Positions 25,981 through 38,898 of a DNA stretch of 64,000 bases are shown one piece after another. Every line of letters begins with the position of its first letter. The stretch's first letter is position 1. The notes under the pieces are model-generated. The model saw only the letters and a list, made by a program, of their open reading frames with translations. It did not search any database and was not told the DNA's origin. Source of the stretch: Salpingoeca rosetta (Eukaryota > Protista > Choanoflagellata); assembly GCA_033442325.1 (NCBI GenBank), contig JAWQFM010000015.1, positions 58,794 to 122,793 on the forward strand, written 5' to 3'. The position numbers and the translations under genes were made by a program.

Positions 25981-26739
25981 GGTTCCACGTCAGCGAGGGG
26001 TGTGTGTGTGGCTTTACTCCCTGTTTGTCAATCAGACACACGACCACCACACGCCACGTCCCGCACCTCACTATCCAATCACGCCTTCCTTTCTTCTGGT
26101 GTTCTCTGTCCCTCTGCTGCTCTGGATCTCACTGCCACCACTGACGCTGCTGCTGCTGTTGCTGCTGTGGTTGCTGCTGTTGCCTGTGGGTGCTGCCTGT
26201 CTCTTCAATATCCGTCAGCAAGCCAACACCACCACTGCCACCACCATCACACTCACCACCACAGCAGGCTCCAAACCCACCACACCGCGTCTTGTTGTGT
26301 TGTTGTGGGCAACCACGCTTCACCCTCTCTTCTTCCGCCTGTGTGCTGCTGGGTGGAATATTGTATGGCGATATCCGTGAATTATCTTTGACCAACGACA
26401 AACGACCAAAGAAGCCGTTGCGTTTGCCTTCCATACCCCTTCGCTCGCTTGCTTTGCTGTGCTGTCTTGTCTTGTTGGCTTCGTGGTGTGCTTTTGTGCT
26501 GGTGGCGTGCAAACTTCACTCAGGAAGGAGAAGAGGACAGACGCCAGCGCACACCCTTCCTCGTGCTGCACCCACGCACGCTCTCCCTCCTCCATCTCTT
26601 TCCATTTCGATTGTGCCAGCGCGCTTGGCCGTTTGGGTTGTTGGATTGAGCGTTTGGTGTTTGTTTGTGTGTACGTGCGTGCGTGATCATTCTGCTGCGC
26701 TGTGTGCGGCACCGCAATCGTCCTTCCTCTTCTGTATCG

Positions 26740-26817
<78 letters not shown>

Positions 26818-27118
26818 TGGAGGGGGTGGTATGACGAGTTGCGCGTCATTGGAGTTGTTATGCTGCTGCTCCTGTGTATCCGTGCTGTGTTTGACGAGGG
26901 TTGGCGTTGCACTTGTTGCGCTTGTGGCTTGTTCATGGAGGGACCGCGACACGCCACACAGTTGTGTGGCCCGGGTCGTACCTGTCAAGTCATGCAACCT
27001 CACTCACTTTGCTGCTGCAACCTTGTTGAACGGCGCCTAATGGCGTGCTGTCCTCGCACACGTGCTGCGGAAACAGGGACCTTGGCTTTGACCTTGCCCT
27101 GAGCTTCGTGGCAGCATC

Positions 27119-28261
27119 ATGTCGAGTGGTGGCAATGTGCGGGTTGTGTGCCGCTTTCGGCCACAGCTCAGCAACGAGACGTCGCGTGGTGGCGTGAACA
27201 TCTCCACCGTGGACCCTTCTGGATCAACAGTCAGCATTGATGTACGGCACTCGTTCACTGTGCCGTGTGCTCCAATGCGTATGGGCGGGAGTGTGTGGAT
27301 GTATGCGGTGTGCATGTGAGTGGATGTGTGTGGGTGTGTGGGTGCATGTGCTTATGTACATGTGCTTGTGTACTTCTCTTGTCTCTGTCTGTACATCCCT
27401 TTCCCCCCTTTTCTCCCTTCTCCCTTCTCCCCCTTCCCTATCAATCTACCCGTCTCTCTTCTCCCCTGTTGTGTACAACCCATGTGTTTGAGATCCGAGC
27501 AACAATGACTGACAAACGATGACTTCGTCGTGTCCTTTGCGTGCTGTTGTGCGTCTCGTGTACAGGGCCAGCGCCAGGCGCAGTTTACGTTCGACCGCGT
27601 CTTTGACGGAGATTCTTCGCAGGATGACGTGTACGAGTATGCCGCCCGCCCCATCGTCGAAGGTGCGCCACCAAGTTGCATGTGTGCATCACCGGCACGT
27701 TTGCACGTGGGTTGCGCCAGCGTGACACCATATGCGTATGATGTCATCTCACGCCACGCCACCATGGATATCGCTCATGCCTCCTCGTAGATGTGCTCAA
27801 GGGTTACAACGGCACCATTTTCGCGTATGGTCAGACCTCCTCGGGTAAAACCCATACCATGGAGGTGCGTATTTATCTGTGTGCGTGAGTGAGTGAGAGA
27901 GAGAGAGTGTGTGTGTGTGTGTGTGTCTTTGCGTGTGTGTGTGCGTGTGTGTGTGTGCGCATACGTGGTTGTGTTTCACTGCACGTGTGTGCTTTCGTGT
28001 GGATGTTGCGCCCCTGTGTCTGAGTGTGCAACGTGTCGCTCACCGCTGCCACCGTACCCCATCACCACCACCACCACCACCATCAGGGCCCGAGCATCGA
28101 CGACCCTGCGTCGCGCGGTATCATCCCGCGGATTGTGGAGAACATCTTCCAGTACATCGACATGGCGCCAGAGACGCTTGAGTTCACCGTCCGCGTCTCC
28201 TACTTTGAAATCTACATGGAGCGCATCTCAGACCTCCTCTGCGGTGCGTGCGTGCGTGTGC

Positions 28262-28300
<39 letters not shown>

Positions 28301-28615
28301 TTTATTTCCTTGTGTGTGTGTGTGTGCTTTTATTTCCTTGTGTGTGTGTATTCGGGGTGCAACCTTCTGTGTGGTTGCTTGCGACGTTCCCTGCTTCCTC
28401 ATCCTCTATCTCCCTTCCCGACCCCTGCTACCTCCACCGCCGCCAACACCGCTGCGTGCAGACGGCAACGACAACCTGCAGATCCACGAGAACCGTGAGC
28501 GCGGGGTGTATGTGCGACACGCGACGGAGCTGTACATGCAGGACCCGGAGGACGTCATGGATGTCATGCGTGCCGGCGCCGAGCGACGATCCGTCGCGTC
28601 AACAAGTCGGTCGCC

Positions 28616-28671
<56 letters not shown>

Positions 28672-28699
28672 TGTGTCTGTGTGTGTGTGTCTGTCTGTC

Positions 28700-28739
<40 letters not shown>

Positions 28740-29144
28740 TGGACAATTCATGCTGCACTACATAATTGTCGCCCCACCCATCATCACCACCCCCACTCAC
28801 CATCGCCACCGCCCACCACTACCGCCTGCAGACATGAACGACATCAGCTCCCGCAGCCACTCTGTGTTTCTGATGGAGATTTCGCAGAAGGACACGGTGC
28901 GCGGCGGCATGAAGACCGGAAAGCTCTTCCTCGTCGATCTTGCGGGTTCAGAGAAGGTCTCCAAGACCCACGCGGAGGGCGAGGTGCTGCAGGAGGCAAA
29001 GAACATCAACAAATCGCTCTCTGCGCTCGGTCTCGTGATCATGTCCCTGACCGACGGGCAGAAGCGCCAACACGTCCCCTATCGTGACTCCAAGCTCACC
29101 CGCATCCTCCAGGTCCGCCGACGGTGGTGCTGGTGTTGTGTGTG

Positions 29145-29175
<31 letters not shown>

Positions 29176-29200
29176 GTGTTTGTTGTTCTTGCTCCTGTTC

Positions 29201-29265
<65 letters not shown>

Positions 29266-30392
29266 GCTGCTGCTGTTCTTGCTGATGTGCAAGTGCTTTG
29301 TTGTGCGTGTCCGCATACATTTGTGAGATTTGACATGCGCGTGCTTGCTTCTGCCTCCATTGCGTGTGCGTGTGTTTAGGAATCGCTTGGTGGCAACTCC
29401 CGCACCACCATCATCATCTGCTGCAGCCCTTCCTCCTACAACGAGCAGGGTACGCATGTGTGTGCGTCAAGTAGTAACTGAGAGCACCTTTCCCTCATCC
29501 GTGACCAGCATATGGCTGCCCATCTTTACCTCACGCCACCATCACACTCATCACCACCTCACCTCACGCCACCATCACACTCATCACCACCTCCACTCAT
29601 CCCACCACCACCACCACCTCCATCACGCCCTGCCGTGTGTGTGTGCGTGTGCAGAGACGATTTCGACGCTGCGGTTTGGCCAGCGAGCGAAGCGCATCAA
29701 GAACCGCGCCGTCATCAACGTCAAGTACAGCGCCGAGGAGCTCCAGAAACAGGTGCCGTCATTCGTATGGTGTTGTATGGTGTTGTGTTGGGTAGTGTAC
29801 AATACACACAACTCTCCCTGTGTCGCATGTACGCACATGGCAATCACCCACCGCATCCACTGTGACACCCAAACACACACACGCGCGCGCACACGCACAC
29901 ACGCACATCCTACGTTCACTCACATCACCCATATCGTACGCCCGTCCCACGCCGTGTGGCAGCTGGACCAAGCGAAGAAGGAGATCAAGAAGCTTGCCAA
30001 GCGGCTGCAGGCGGCAGAGGCCGAGCTCAAGATCTGGCGCGAGGGTGGCACCGTCAGCGAGGCAGACCGTGTTGCCCTGACAGCACAGGCCGGCGACGCG
30101 GTGACCAAGGCGCTGGCAGAGGGCGAGGAGGAAGAGGAAGAGGGTGCCGGCCCCAAGGAGGCGGGCGGCATCTCGGAGGAAGAACGCAGAGAACTGCTGG
30201 AACGCGAAGAGGAACTCCTCAACCTGCTCGACGACAAGGTTATCATGGTGGCGGTGGTGGTCGTGGTGGTTATTGGAACTGTTTTGGAGTTTGTACGCTA
30301 TGTGTGCGTGTGCCTGTGTGTGTGGGGGGGGAGTGTATGCCTGTGTGTGGGTGGGGGTGGGTGGGTGTCTCTCTCCCTCTCTATGTTTGTGT

Positions 30393-30429
<37 letters not shown>

Positions 30430-31583
30430 GTCGCATGTTTATTGAACGGTTGCGTGCCATATTCCTATCGTTGGTCTCGCCTGTGCTGTTTCGCTGCTCA
30501 CACAACTCGCCACCATCACCACCATGCCCCTGCTGGGCGTGAATTGCGTGCAGGACAAGTTTATCCGGGAGCTGGAGCGGGAGATTGAGGTTCTGTCGCA
30601 GGATAAGGTGACCATCACCAAGCTCGCCTCGGAGAAGGCCCAGCTGCAGCAACTCCTCCAGGAACAGGAGGAGGTCGAGACTAATGTACGTGGGGCGGTA
30701 TTGCTTTGTCGTCGCGTTCCTTGCCTTACTTGGTCCCTTCACTGCTTCGTTCCTTGCTTCTATCCCTCTGCACAGTCTTGCAAACGACTCACATGCACGT
30801 ATAACCACCACCGACAACCCTTCATTCCCCCATCGTCACCTTCCTCCTTCCTGTTTGTCTTCCTGTCTGTCACGCCGCGCAGCTGCTGGCCGAGAATGAG
30901 GAGTACGAGTCTGCCATTGAGGATATGGCCATGGTCAACGGCAAACTCGACGCAGACCTCAAGGCCGCAATCGTAAGTCTAGCTGCTTGTATGCACGTGT
31001 GTAGGGGGGGTTGTGGGGTGGGTGGGTGTGTGGGTGTGTGTGTGGGTGTGCTCGTGTGATGTGTTGCATCGCTTACATGACTCACCATCCCTCGATTGTT
31101 TGTTTTGGACGTGCGTACGAACGTTCACGCCCCCTCTCTCCTGGTTACTTACTCCCCCGCCCCCTCTCTCTCTCTCTCTCAAAACCACGACTGTGTGTAG
31201 GAGCGCACGAAGAAGCTGCAGGGCGCCATGGAAGAGCAGACGGCCGCAACGGCGGCGCAGTTGGCATCTGTCGCCGAGGCTGTGGCGCGCCTGTCCTCAG
31301 CAGAGGACGCCGAGGCGGAACTGCCGGAAACGGGCACCATTGTCGACACGCAGCTGTCGAAGGTGCACGCGTATGTCAAGCAGCTCCTCTCAAAGGGCGG
31401 CGACCTCGAGAAGGTGCGAGTGCATATGTGTTGTGTGTCTGTATGTGTGGGTGGGTGCGTGTGTGTGTCTGTGTGGGTGGGTGCATGCGTGTGTGTGTCT
31501 ATGTGTGCAATGTTTGGCTACATCCCTCCCTGCTTACCTGTGGACTGCGTTCCTTGTTGCCACATCAACCCGACCAACCGCTC

Positions 31584-31638
<55 letters not shown>

Positions 31639-33260
31639 CTACAGGTGCAAAGCGAGATGGGCGAGGAGAAGACGAAGCTGCAGGAGGCGCTTGAGGCGAC
31701 GCGGCGGGAGCTGACCACCAGCCAGGTCTCGTACGGCCAGCTCGAGAAGAAGCACGCAGACCTCCTCCAGGCAAAGTACGCGGACGCGATGGAAAGCACT
31801 GCAATGCAGTGCAGTGTAGGGGTGATGGTGGTGGCATGATGCTTGGTGTTGTGGCGGTGGTACTTGACACATGTAACAAATGCCTGCATCCCCCGCAGGT
31901 TTCTGTCGTTCTTCTCACACTCACAAACGCACACACACATACACTCACAAACGCACACACACACACACATCAATCAACCACGAACACACACACACACACA
32001 TCAATCAACCGCACACAAACACACACACATCAATCAACCACACACATACACAACCAATCAAACACAATCTGGGTGCCAGGGAGAAGCTGGCGCAGGAAGC
32101 TGAGGAGCTTCGGCAGCACAAGGCGGAGAGCCAGGCGCGCATCGAGGGCCTCATGTCGCAGCTGGTGACCATTGAGGAGAACGTGCAGCAGAAGGAGGCG
32201 CAGGCGCGGTCGACAGACGAGAAGCGCATGACGGAGCTGCGGGAAGAACTCGAGAAGCAGCGGTCGCTTCAACGGGAGGAGGACAGCAAGGAGCTTGCGG
32301 CGCTTCGGTCCGATTTGGAGACGACCAAGGCTGCCCTGGAGAAGAACCAGGCGGACAAGGACGAGCTGCTGTTGGAGGTGGAGCAGCTCAAGTCAGACTT
32401 GGAGGCGCAGCGGCACGTGGTCGACGCGCAGAAGACGGAGCTGGCACAGCTGAGCGAGCGCGCGGCGGCCAGCGAGAAGGAGAAGAAGGAGTCTGAGGTG
32501 ATTGGCGTGGCGACGCGGCAGAAGCTGCACTCGTACACGGCCATGTCGGAGAAGTGGCGCGAGACCATTCTTGAGCAGTGCCGCACCGCGCTCAACCACC
32601 TTCGGGAGAGTGGGGCGATTGCGGGCACGGCTGGTGGCGCCGGGGAGGAGGGCGCCGGGTCTGCGGAGCAGCAGGTGCTGCACAAGGAGAACGAGCGGCT
32701 GCGGCGGGAGGCAAAGGACCTCGCCACCAAGAGCCGCACACTGCAGCGCCAGCTGCACGTCTCGGACACGCGCATCAAGGCCTACGAGAAGCGCATTGTG
32801 GAGCTTGAGGCGAAGATGGAGGAGAACGCGCGCAAGATGCGGCGGCGCGTGCGGGAGGCGGTCAAGGCGCAGAGCGGCGCCGAGGCCCGGGCTGTTCGAC
32901 GCAAGCACCCGCCCGTGTACGTGGTGGAGCCAAGTTTGGGGGGAGGGGGAGGCGGTGGTTGTGGTCGGAGACTGTGTGAGGGGGTTTGGTGATGATGACA
33001 CTGCTTGTCGAGTGGAGTTGATGTCGGCTTGCTTTGCTCGATTGCTTGCTATTCGATGGTCTAATCTGTTGGTGCGTGCTTGCGATACGTGTGCCCCTTG
33101 GTGTGTGCCTGCAGGCAATCTGTGCGGGGCGGGAGCCGGCTGAACATGGACGACAGCAAGGCGCAGTTCTGGGCCAACGAGGCGAAGCAGAGCCGTATGC
33201 GCGACTCGCGCGTCCTCCGTTCAGAGCGCTCCTCCTCCATCCGTACGTTGCCCCTTGCAC

Positions 33261-33329
<69 letters not shown>

Positions 33330-33733
33330 ATATGCGTGTGCTTGTGTGGTCTGTCTCTGTAGCATCTCCCTCTCCTTCACTCACCTTGGTCACACTAATT
33401 GTGCACCTACCACCACCCACAACCACCCACAACCACCACCACGCACCCCTGCTTCTCCCTGTTGCTTCCCCTCTTGCAGTCGGACAAGGCGAGCCCCTCG
33501 TCGGACAATGTAAGAAACCTTTGCATGCACGCGCGCATCTTCATGCACACACATGAGTGTGCACACACACACACACACGAGCATGCACGGACGGAGGGAC
33601 CCAAACCCGACACACCCCTTCCTCATGTCGCCTTGTGTCTCACACTTTCCCGCGTTGCTTGTGATGAGCAGTTAAGGAAAAGACGAAGAACATCGACATG
33701 GAGAAGGAGCTCAACACCGTGCAATACGTGTGA
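27119..33733 (+). CDS. KHC: Kinesin-1 (conventional kinesin) heavy chain
   Basis: [38 protein letters not shown] (P-loop), NDISSRSH (switch I), [13 protein letters not shown] (switch II), [51 protein letters not shown] long coiled coil follows, and the tail ends ...ELNTVQYV*. Confidence 0.95.
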
Positions 33734-34036
33734 TGATGACACACGCACACGTACACGTACATGTACGCGCAGGCGTGTGTGTCTTGACTGCATCGATCAC
33801 TCTGCATCCCCCACCGTGTCAGCAACAGCACCACCACCATCCATGTTTGTTCTTGATTCCTTCCACTTGTTGTTGTTGCTGTTGTTGTTGCTGTTGTTGT
33901 TGTTGTTCCCTGCCCCTTGCTCCTCGCACACAGAGAGTGCATGCACACAGATATCCACACGCGCACACGCGCGCGTCTTCACGCTTCACACACAGACCCT
34001 GCTTTCCACCACCACCAACACCACCAACACCACCAC

Positions 34037-35614
34037 CAACACTGCTTGGCCTAAGTCCTTTGGTGTGCACAACACGTTCATGTTCGTTCGTTCGTTCTCT
34101 CCAACAACAACAAGCAAGCAACAAGCAAGCAAGACAATGTCAAGAGCGTTGGTGATGTTGAGTGCGGACAACGATGCGAACGACAACCACAGTGGGACAA
34201 CAACGACGATGACACGCGCAGAGGAGTTGCTGATGAGGCTGCAGTTGCAGCTGTGCACCCCGAGCTATGACACGTTCCCCACAAGTGTCGCAGCGCCGGC
34301 AAAGCGGTGTGACACAGGTGGCAACAACAACTTCCTGAAGGGCTGCCAGTGGGCTCCGGACGGCCTGTGTATCTTGACGTGCAGCGATGACAACCGCCTT
34401 CGCCTGTTCAACCTCCCGGACGCGCTCCTTCAGGACAGCAGCAGCGGCATGGATACACAGAATGACGCCGCGCTTGCAGACCAAGAGGACCGAGCGAGTG
34501 ACAGACCAACGGCAGCGCCACATGGACAACAGCTAACACCCACGGCATCGCACGTTCACAGCAATGACGGCAGTGACGACATTGGTGCAGAGGACAGGGG
34601 TGTTGGTGGTGCTGCGTCAACTTGGCAGCCCGTGCTGACGGCGGCGGAAGGAGAGCTGGTGTATGACTACTGCTGGCTGCCAGGCATGACCTCAGAGGAC
34701 CCGTCGAGCTGCTTGTTTGTGACCTCGTGCCGAGACCACCCCGTGCATGCGTGGGACGCGTTCACGGGCACGTTGATCGGCTCGTATCGCAGCTACGACC
34801 AGTACGATGAAATTATGTGGTGCGACGCTCGGCGTGCAACACTGCTTGGCCTAAGTCCTTTGGTGTGCACAACACGTTCATGTTCGTTCGTTCGTTCTCT
34901 CCAACAACAACAAGCAAGCAACAAGCAAGCAAGACAATGTCAAGATCGCTGGTGATGTTGAGTGCGGACAACGATGCGACCGACAACCACAGTGGGACAA
35001 CATCGACGATGACACGCGCAGAGGAGTTGCTGATGAGGCTGCAGTTGCAGCTGTGCACCCCGAGCTATGACACGTTCCCCACAAGTGTCGCAGCGCCGGC
35101 AAAGCGGTGTGACACAGGTGGCAACAACAACTTCCTGAAGGGCTGCCAGTGGGCTCCGGACGGCCTGTGTATCTTGACGTGCAGCGATGACAACCGCCTT
35201 CGCCTGTTCAACCTCCCGGACGCGCTCCTTCAGGACAGCAGCAGCGGCATGGATACACAGAATGACGCCGCGCTTGCAGACCAAGAGGACCGAGCGAGTG
35301 ACAGACCAACGGCAGCGCCACATGGACAACAGCTAACACCCACGGCATCGCACGTTCACAGCAATGACGGCAGTGACGACATTGGTGCAGAGGACAGGGG
35401 TGTTGGTGGTGCTGCGTCAACTTGGCAGCCCGTGCTGACGGCGGCGGAAGGAGAGCTGGTGTATGACTACTGCTGGCTGCCAGGCATGACCTCAGAGGAC
35501 CCGTCGAGCTGCTTGTTTGTGACCTCGTGCCGAGACCACCCCGTGCATGCGTGGGACGCGTTCACGGGCACGTTGATCGGCTCGTATCGCAGCTACGACC
35601 AGTACGATGAAATT
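34037..35614. repeat. Tandem duplication of 778 bp (800-bp period, 22-bp unique spacer) covering the WRAP53 5' region
   Basis: 34037-34814 matches 34837-35614, with a few substitutions near the start of the unit. Spacer is 34815-34836. Confidence 0.95.
34137..34955 (+). pseudogene. Truncated upstream copy of the WRAP53 N-terminus (possible assembly artefact)
   Basis: Same reading as the downstream copy up to YDQYDEI, then runs through the spacer into a different frame and stops at 34955. Confidence 0.5.
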
Positions 35615-36427
35615 GCAGCGCCCAAGGCCCTCGCCTTCACCAACGACAGTTCGCAGCTGCTCTGCGGCCACCGCGGGCTGCTGCACATCTTCGACGTGGA
35701 GCGGCCTGGCCGCGATTACACCGCCTGGGACTTGACAAGACAACACATGAAGGGCGTGGTGTCAACGCTTGCGTTCAGCAACCACGACGACAGGCTGCTG
35801 GCGGCCGGGTGCTACGGTGGCGACGTCGCCCTCATGGACTGCTCATCCCGGACCATCGCCACGCACATCCGCGTGTCATCCGGCGTCACGCACGTGCTCT
35901 TCAGCCCGCACGACCCGCACGTGTACGTGGGCACGCGCATGGACCCGCACATCTGGGGATACGACGTGCGCAACATGGCACGGCCGCTGCTGGGCCTGCA
36001 GCGCGGCGTCACCACCAACCAGCGCATGTACTTTGACATCGACCCGAGTGGGCAGTACCTCATCACGGGGCAACAGGACGGCAGCATTGTGTGCTACGAT
36101 CTCTGGTCGTGCGTCTCTTCGGACGGACCAGACACCACCATTACAGACCCAGCGTACACGCTGCGCAGAACAGCGACCACAGCGCACATCCACACTGCCG
36201 CCACCAACGGTGTGTCCATACACCCGTATCTGCCGTTGCTCGCGACAGCGTCAGGGCAGCGCATGTTTGAACTCGTTGGTGATGACAGCGACAGCGACGA
36301 TGAGGAGGACGCTGATGAGGAGGACGCTGAGGAGAGAGATGAGGAGGAGGAAGCAGAGGCGTGTTTGGTTCCCGACAACACGCTCAAGGTGTGGCGGCTC
36401 AAGTGGGATGTGTACGAGCAAGGCTGA
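34937..36427 (+). CDS. WRAP53: Telomerase Cajal body protein 1 (WRAP53/TCAB1/WDR79), WD40, intronless
   Basis: NFLKGCQWAPDGLCILTCSDDNRLRLFNLP, EGELVYDYCWLP, HPVHAWDAFTG, TTNQRMYFDIDP, NGVSIHPYLPLLATASGQR. Confidence 0.9.
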   Translation: MSRSLVMLSADNDATDNHSGTTSTMTRAEELLMRLQLQLCTPSYDTFPTSVAAPAKRCDTGGNNNFLKGCQWAPDGLCILTCSDDNRLRLFNLPDALLQDSSSGMDTQNDAALADQEDRASDRPTAAPHGQQLTPTASHVHSNDGSDDIGAEDRGVGGAASTWQPVLTAAEGELVYDYCWLPGMTSEDPSSCLFVTSCRDHPVHAWDAFTGTLIGSYRSYDQYDEIAAPKALAFTNDSSQLLCGHRGLLHIFDVERPGRDYTAWDLTRQHMKGVVSTLAFSNHDDRLLAAGCYGGDVALMDCSSRTIATHIRVSSGVTHVLFSPHDPHVYVGTRMDPHIWGYDVRNMARPLLGLQRGVTTNQRMYFDIDPSGQYLITGQQDGSIVCYDLWSCVSSDGPDTTITDPAYTLRRTATTAHIHTAATNGVSIHPYLPLLATASGQRMFELVGDDSDSDDEEDADEEDAEERDEEEEAEACLVPDNTLKVWRLKWDVYEQG

Positions 36428-36484
36428 GTGGAATGGATGATTGGTGGCGCGTACATGCTGGCCATGCCGCTGTGTGTGTGTGTG

Positions 36485-36519
<35 letters not shown>

Positions 36520-36797
36520 GTGATGTGTGTGTGTCTGTGTCTGTGTGTGTGTGTGTGTGTCTGTGTGTGTCTGTCTAACTAGGAAGCCCCGCCTTTGTTG
36601 TGCATATGAGCTTGGTCGGCGCGTTTACGTGTGTCGTTCGTTCACTAATCAAGACTTTGATGATCGACACAGCCACAGCAGACCGTGACATGGAAACAAT
36701 TTGATGTGAAGGAAGAGAGACACGAAGCAACCTCACACACACACACACAACCACCACCACTACGCACACACCCTCCGCTCGCGCATCCACGCTGCCG

Positions 36798-37127
36798 CTA
36801 TGATCTGATCTTGCGGGCCATTTCCTTGACGAGCTCGCGCGTGTGCTTTGCGCTGAGGCGCTCGCTGGCCCTGATGGCGTTGACCACCAGCATCGTCTCG
36901 CACGCGCGCGCCGCCTTGGCCCACACGCGCCCGTTGCGGCCAATGGTGATCTCAAACGGCAGCTCCGCCCCGAGCGCATGCAGCACCGCACACCCACGCG
37001 ACAGCAGCCTGTGATGATGGCAGTTGGCAACGGGGGGCGTTGAGATGAATGTTGTGGGGGGGGGAGGGGTTGAGGTGAGAGGAAGGGTGCGAGGAAGGCA
37101 GGGTGAGCAACGCCTTGTGTCTACTGG

Positions 37128-37166
<39 letters not shown>

Positions 37167-37359
37167 TGTGTGTGTGTGTGTGTGTGTGCGTGTGTGTGCA
37201 GTGTACCCCCTGATTGTCATTCTCTGCAGCATAACAAGACCACTCACGTGCGGGAGAGACCGAGGGAGATCTCAAACAGAAACCCGCCTTCCAGCAGGCC
37301 CATCCCTTGCGCTTTGCCGCTGCCACGGAGTGAACGAGTGTGCGTGTGTGTGGTTGGGT

Positions 37360-37446
<87 letters not shown>

Positions 37447-38805
37447 TGGGTGTGGGTGTGGGTGTGGGTGTGGGTGCAGATGAGAGAGTTGCATACATAC
37501 ACAGTGTTTGCGTGTGGATCATGGCATCGAGGAACAGCAGCACGCAGGCAACAGCAACAAATTACGCTGTTGTACCTGGCGTGTACGCATGTGAGCTCTG
37601 GTTCCATGTACTTGTGCATGAGCTGTACCCTCGCATACACGAGATCGCCAACCTGTTTGCACACACATGTGCGTGCGTGCGTGTGCGTGCGGGGAATGAG
37701 ACGCATGGGCGGAGAAGAAGTGCACAGATTGGATGACAAAGGAAAAGGACACAACAACACCATACATACACACACATACACACACATACACGCATACACA
37801 CAACGCACTCGTGCACACACACCCACAAACACACAACGCGCACCTTTAATCTGGGGCGGTTGCGTTTTGTTGCGCCTTCAAACGCCAGGTTGTGAAGGCT
37901 GCAAGGGTCCATCACACGTGCCAGGAGTGCACACACACAATGTTGATGAGCTCCAGCTGATGCAGGACACTTGTACAGAAGCAGCAGCACACACCTTCTC
38001 ACCCACACGCACATCCACACGCACACAAACGCACACGCACTCCCACAAAAGCACACGCACACCCACACACCCATACACGCTCACTCACGTGGCATTGCAG
38101 GAGCCGCCAATATCCACGTTGTAGTTTTCGCCAGGCGTGCCCGTGATGATCCCAATCACATAATCGCCTTCAGCCGGCAGCGCCTACACGCAAGCACACC
38201 ACAACATGAGATGATCACGACATGAAACAAGAGGAGAGTCAGAGTTGAAGTGAACCCTTGATGGAGCAATTGCAGCAGTGAATTTGTGCGTGCACGAGCG
38301 TGTACATACACATTCACATACATAAGCATTTGCACACATTGAAACACACACATACACACACACACACCAACGTACACATGTGTACATATGCAAAATATGC
38401 AAAACAAACCCTCTTTACTCCCCTCTCCACCCTCTCCACTCTCCTCAGCCCACTCCATCCAAACACACACACACAACACACAACACACAACACACACAGC
38501 AGCAACGATGACAATCGCACCCGCTTGTGGACGCCGTCGACCCAGACCATGTTGCCCTTCCTGCGCAAATCGCCGGGCACCACCACCTGCAACATCGCCG
38601 TGTTGCCGCTGCTGCTAGCGTCGCCGTCAAGGACGCCTGCGGCACGCAGCTGTGTCTCTGGGATCACCGTCAGGCCCGGCCCTATCCTCAGCGCGGCGTC
38701 CTTCTCCCCCTTCACCTCCACGGGCGCCACCTCCACCGTATCGCCTGGTGCCACAAACACGCTGCACGCATCGTCCCCCACCGCAGCCGCTTCAACGTGC
38801 ACCAT
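36798..38805 (-). CDS. EXOSC3: RNA exosome subunit RRP40 (EXOSC3)
   Basis: VWVDGVHKR|ALPAEGDYVIGII, YNVDIGG, LAFEGATKRNRPRLK|VGDLVYARV, MEPELTC, FEITIGRNGRVW. Confidence 0.93.
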
Positions 38806-38898
38806 CGCTTCGCCTGTCGCCTGTCGCACAACCAAAGTTGGGAAAATTTGTTGGCAGCAACGCAAATGCTCTGCAGAAGGTGAAGCCAAAAGAGGAAG

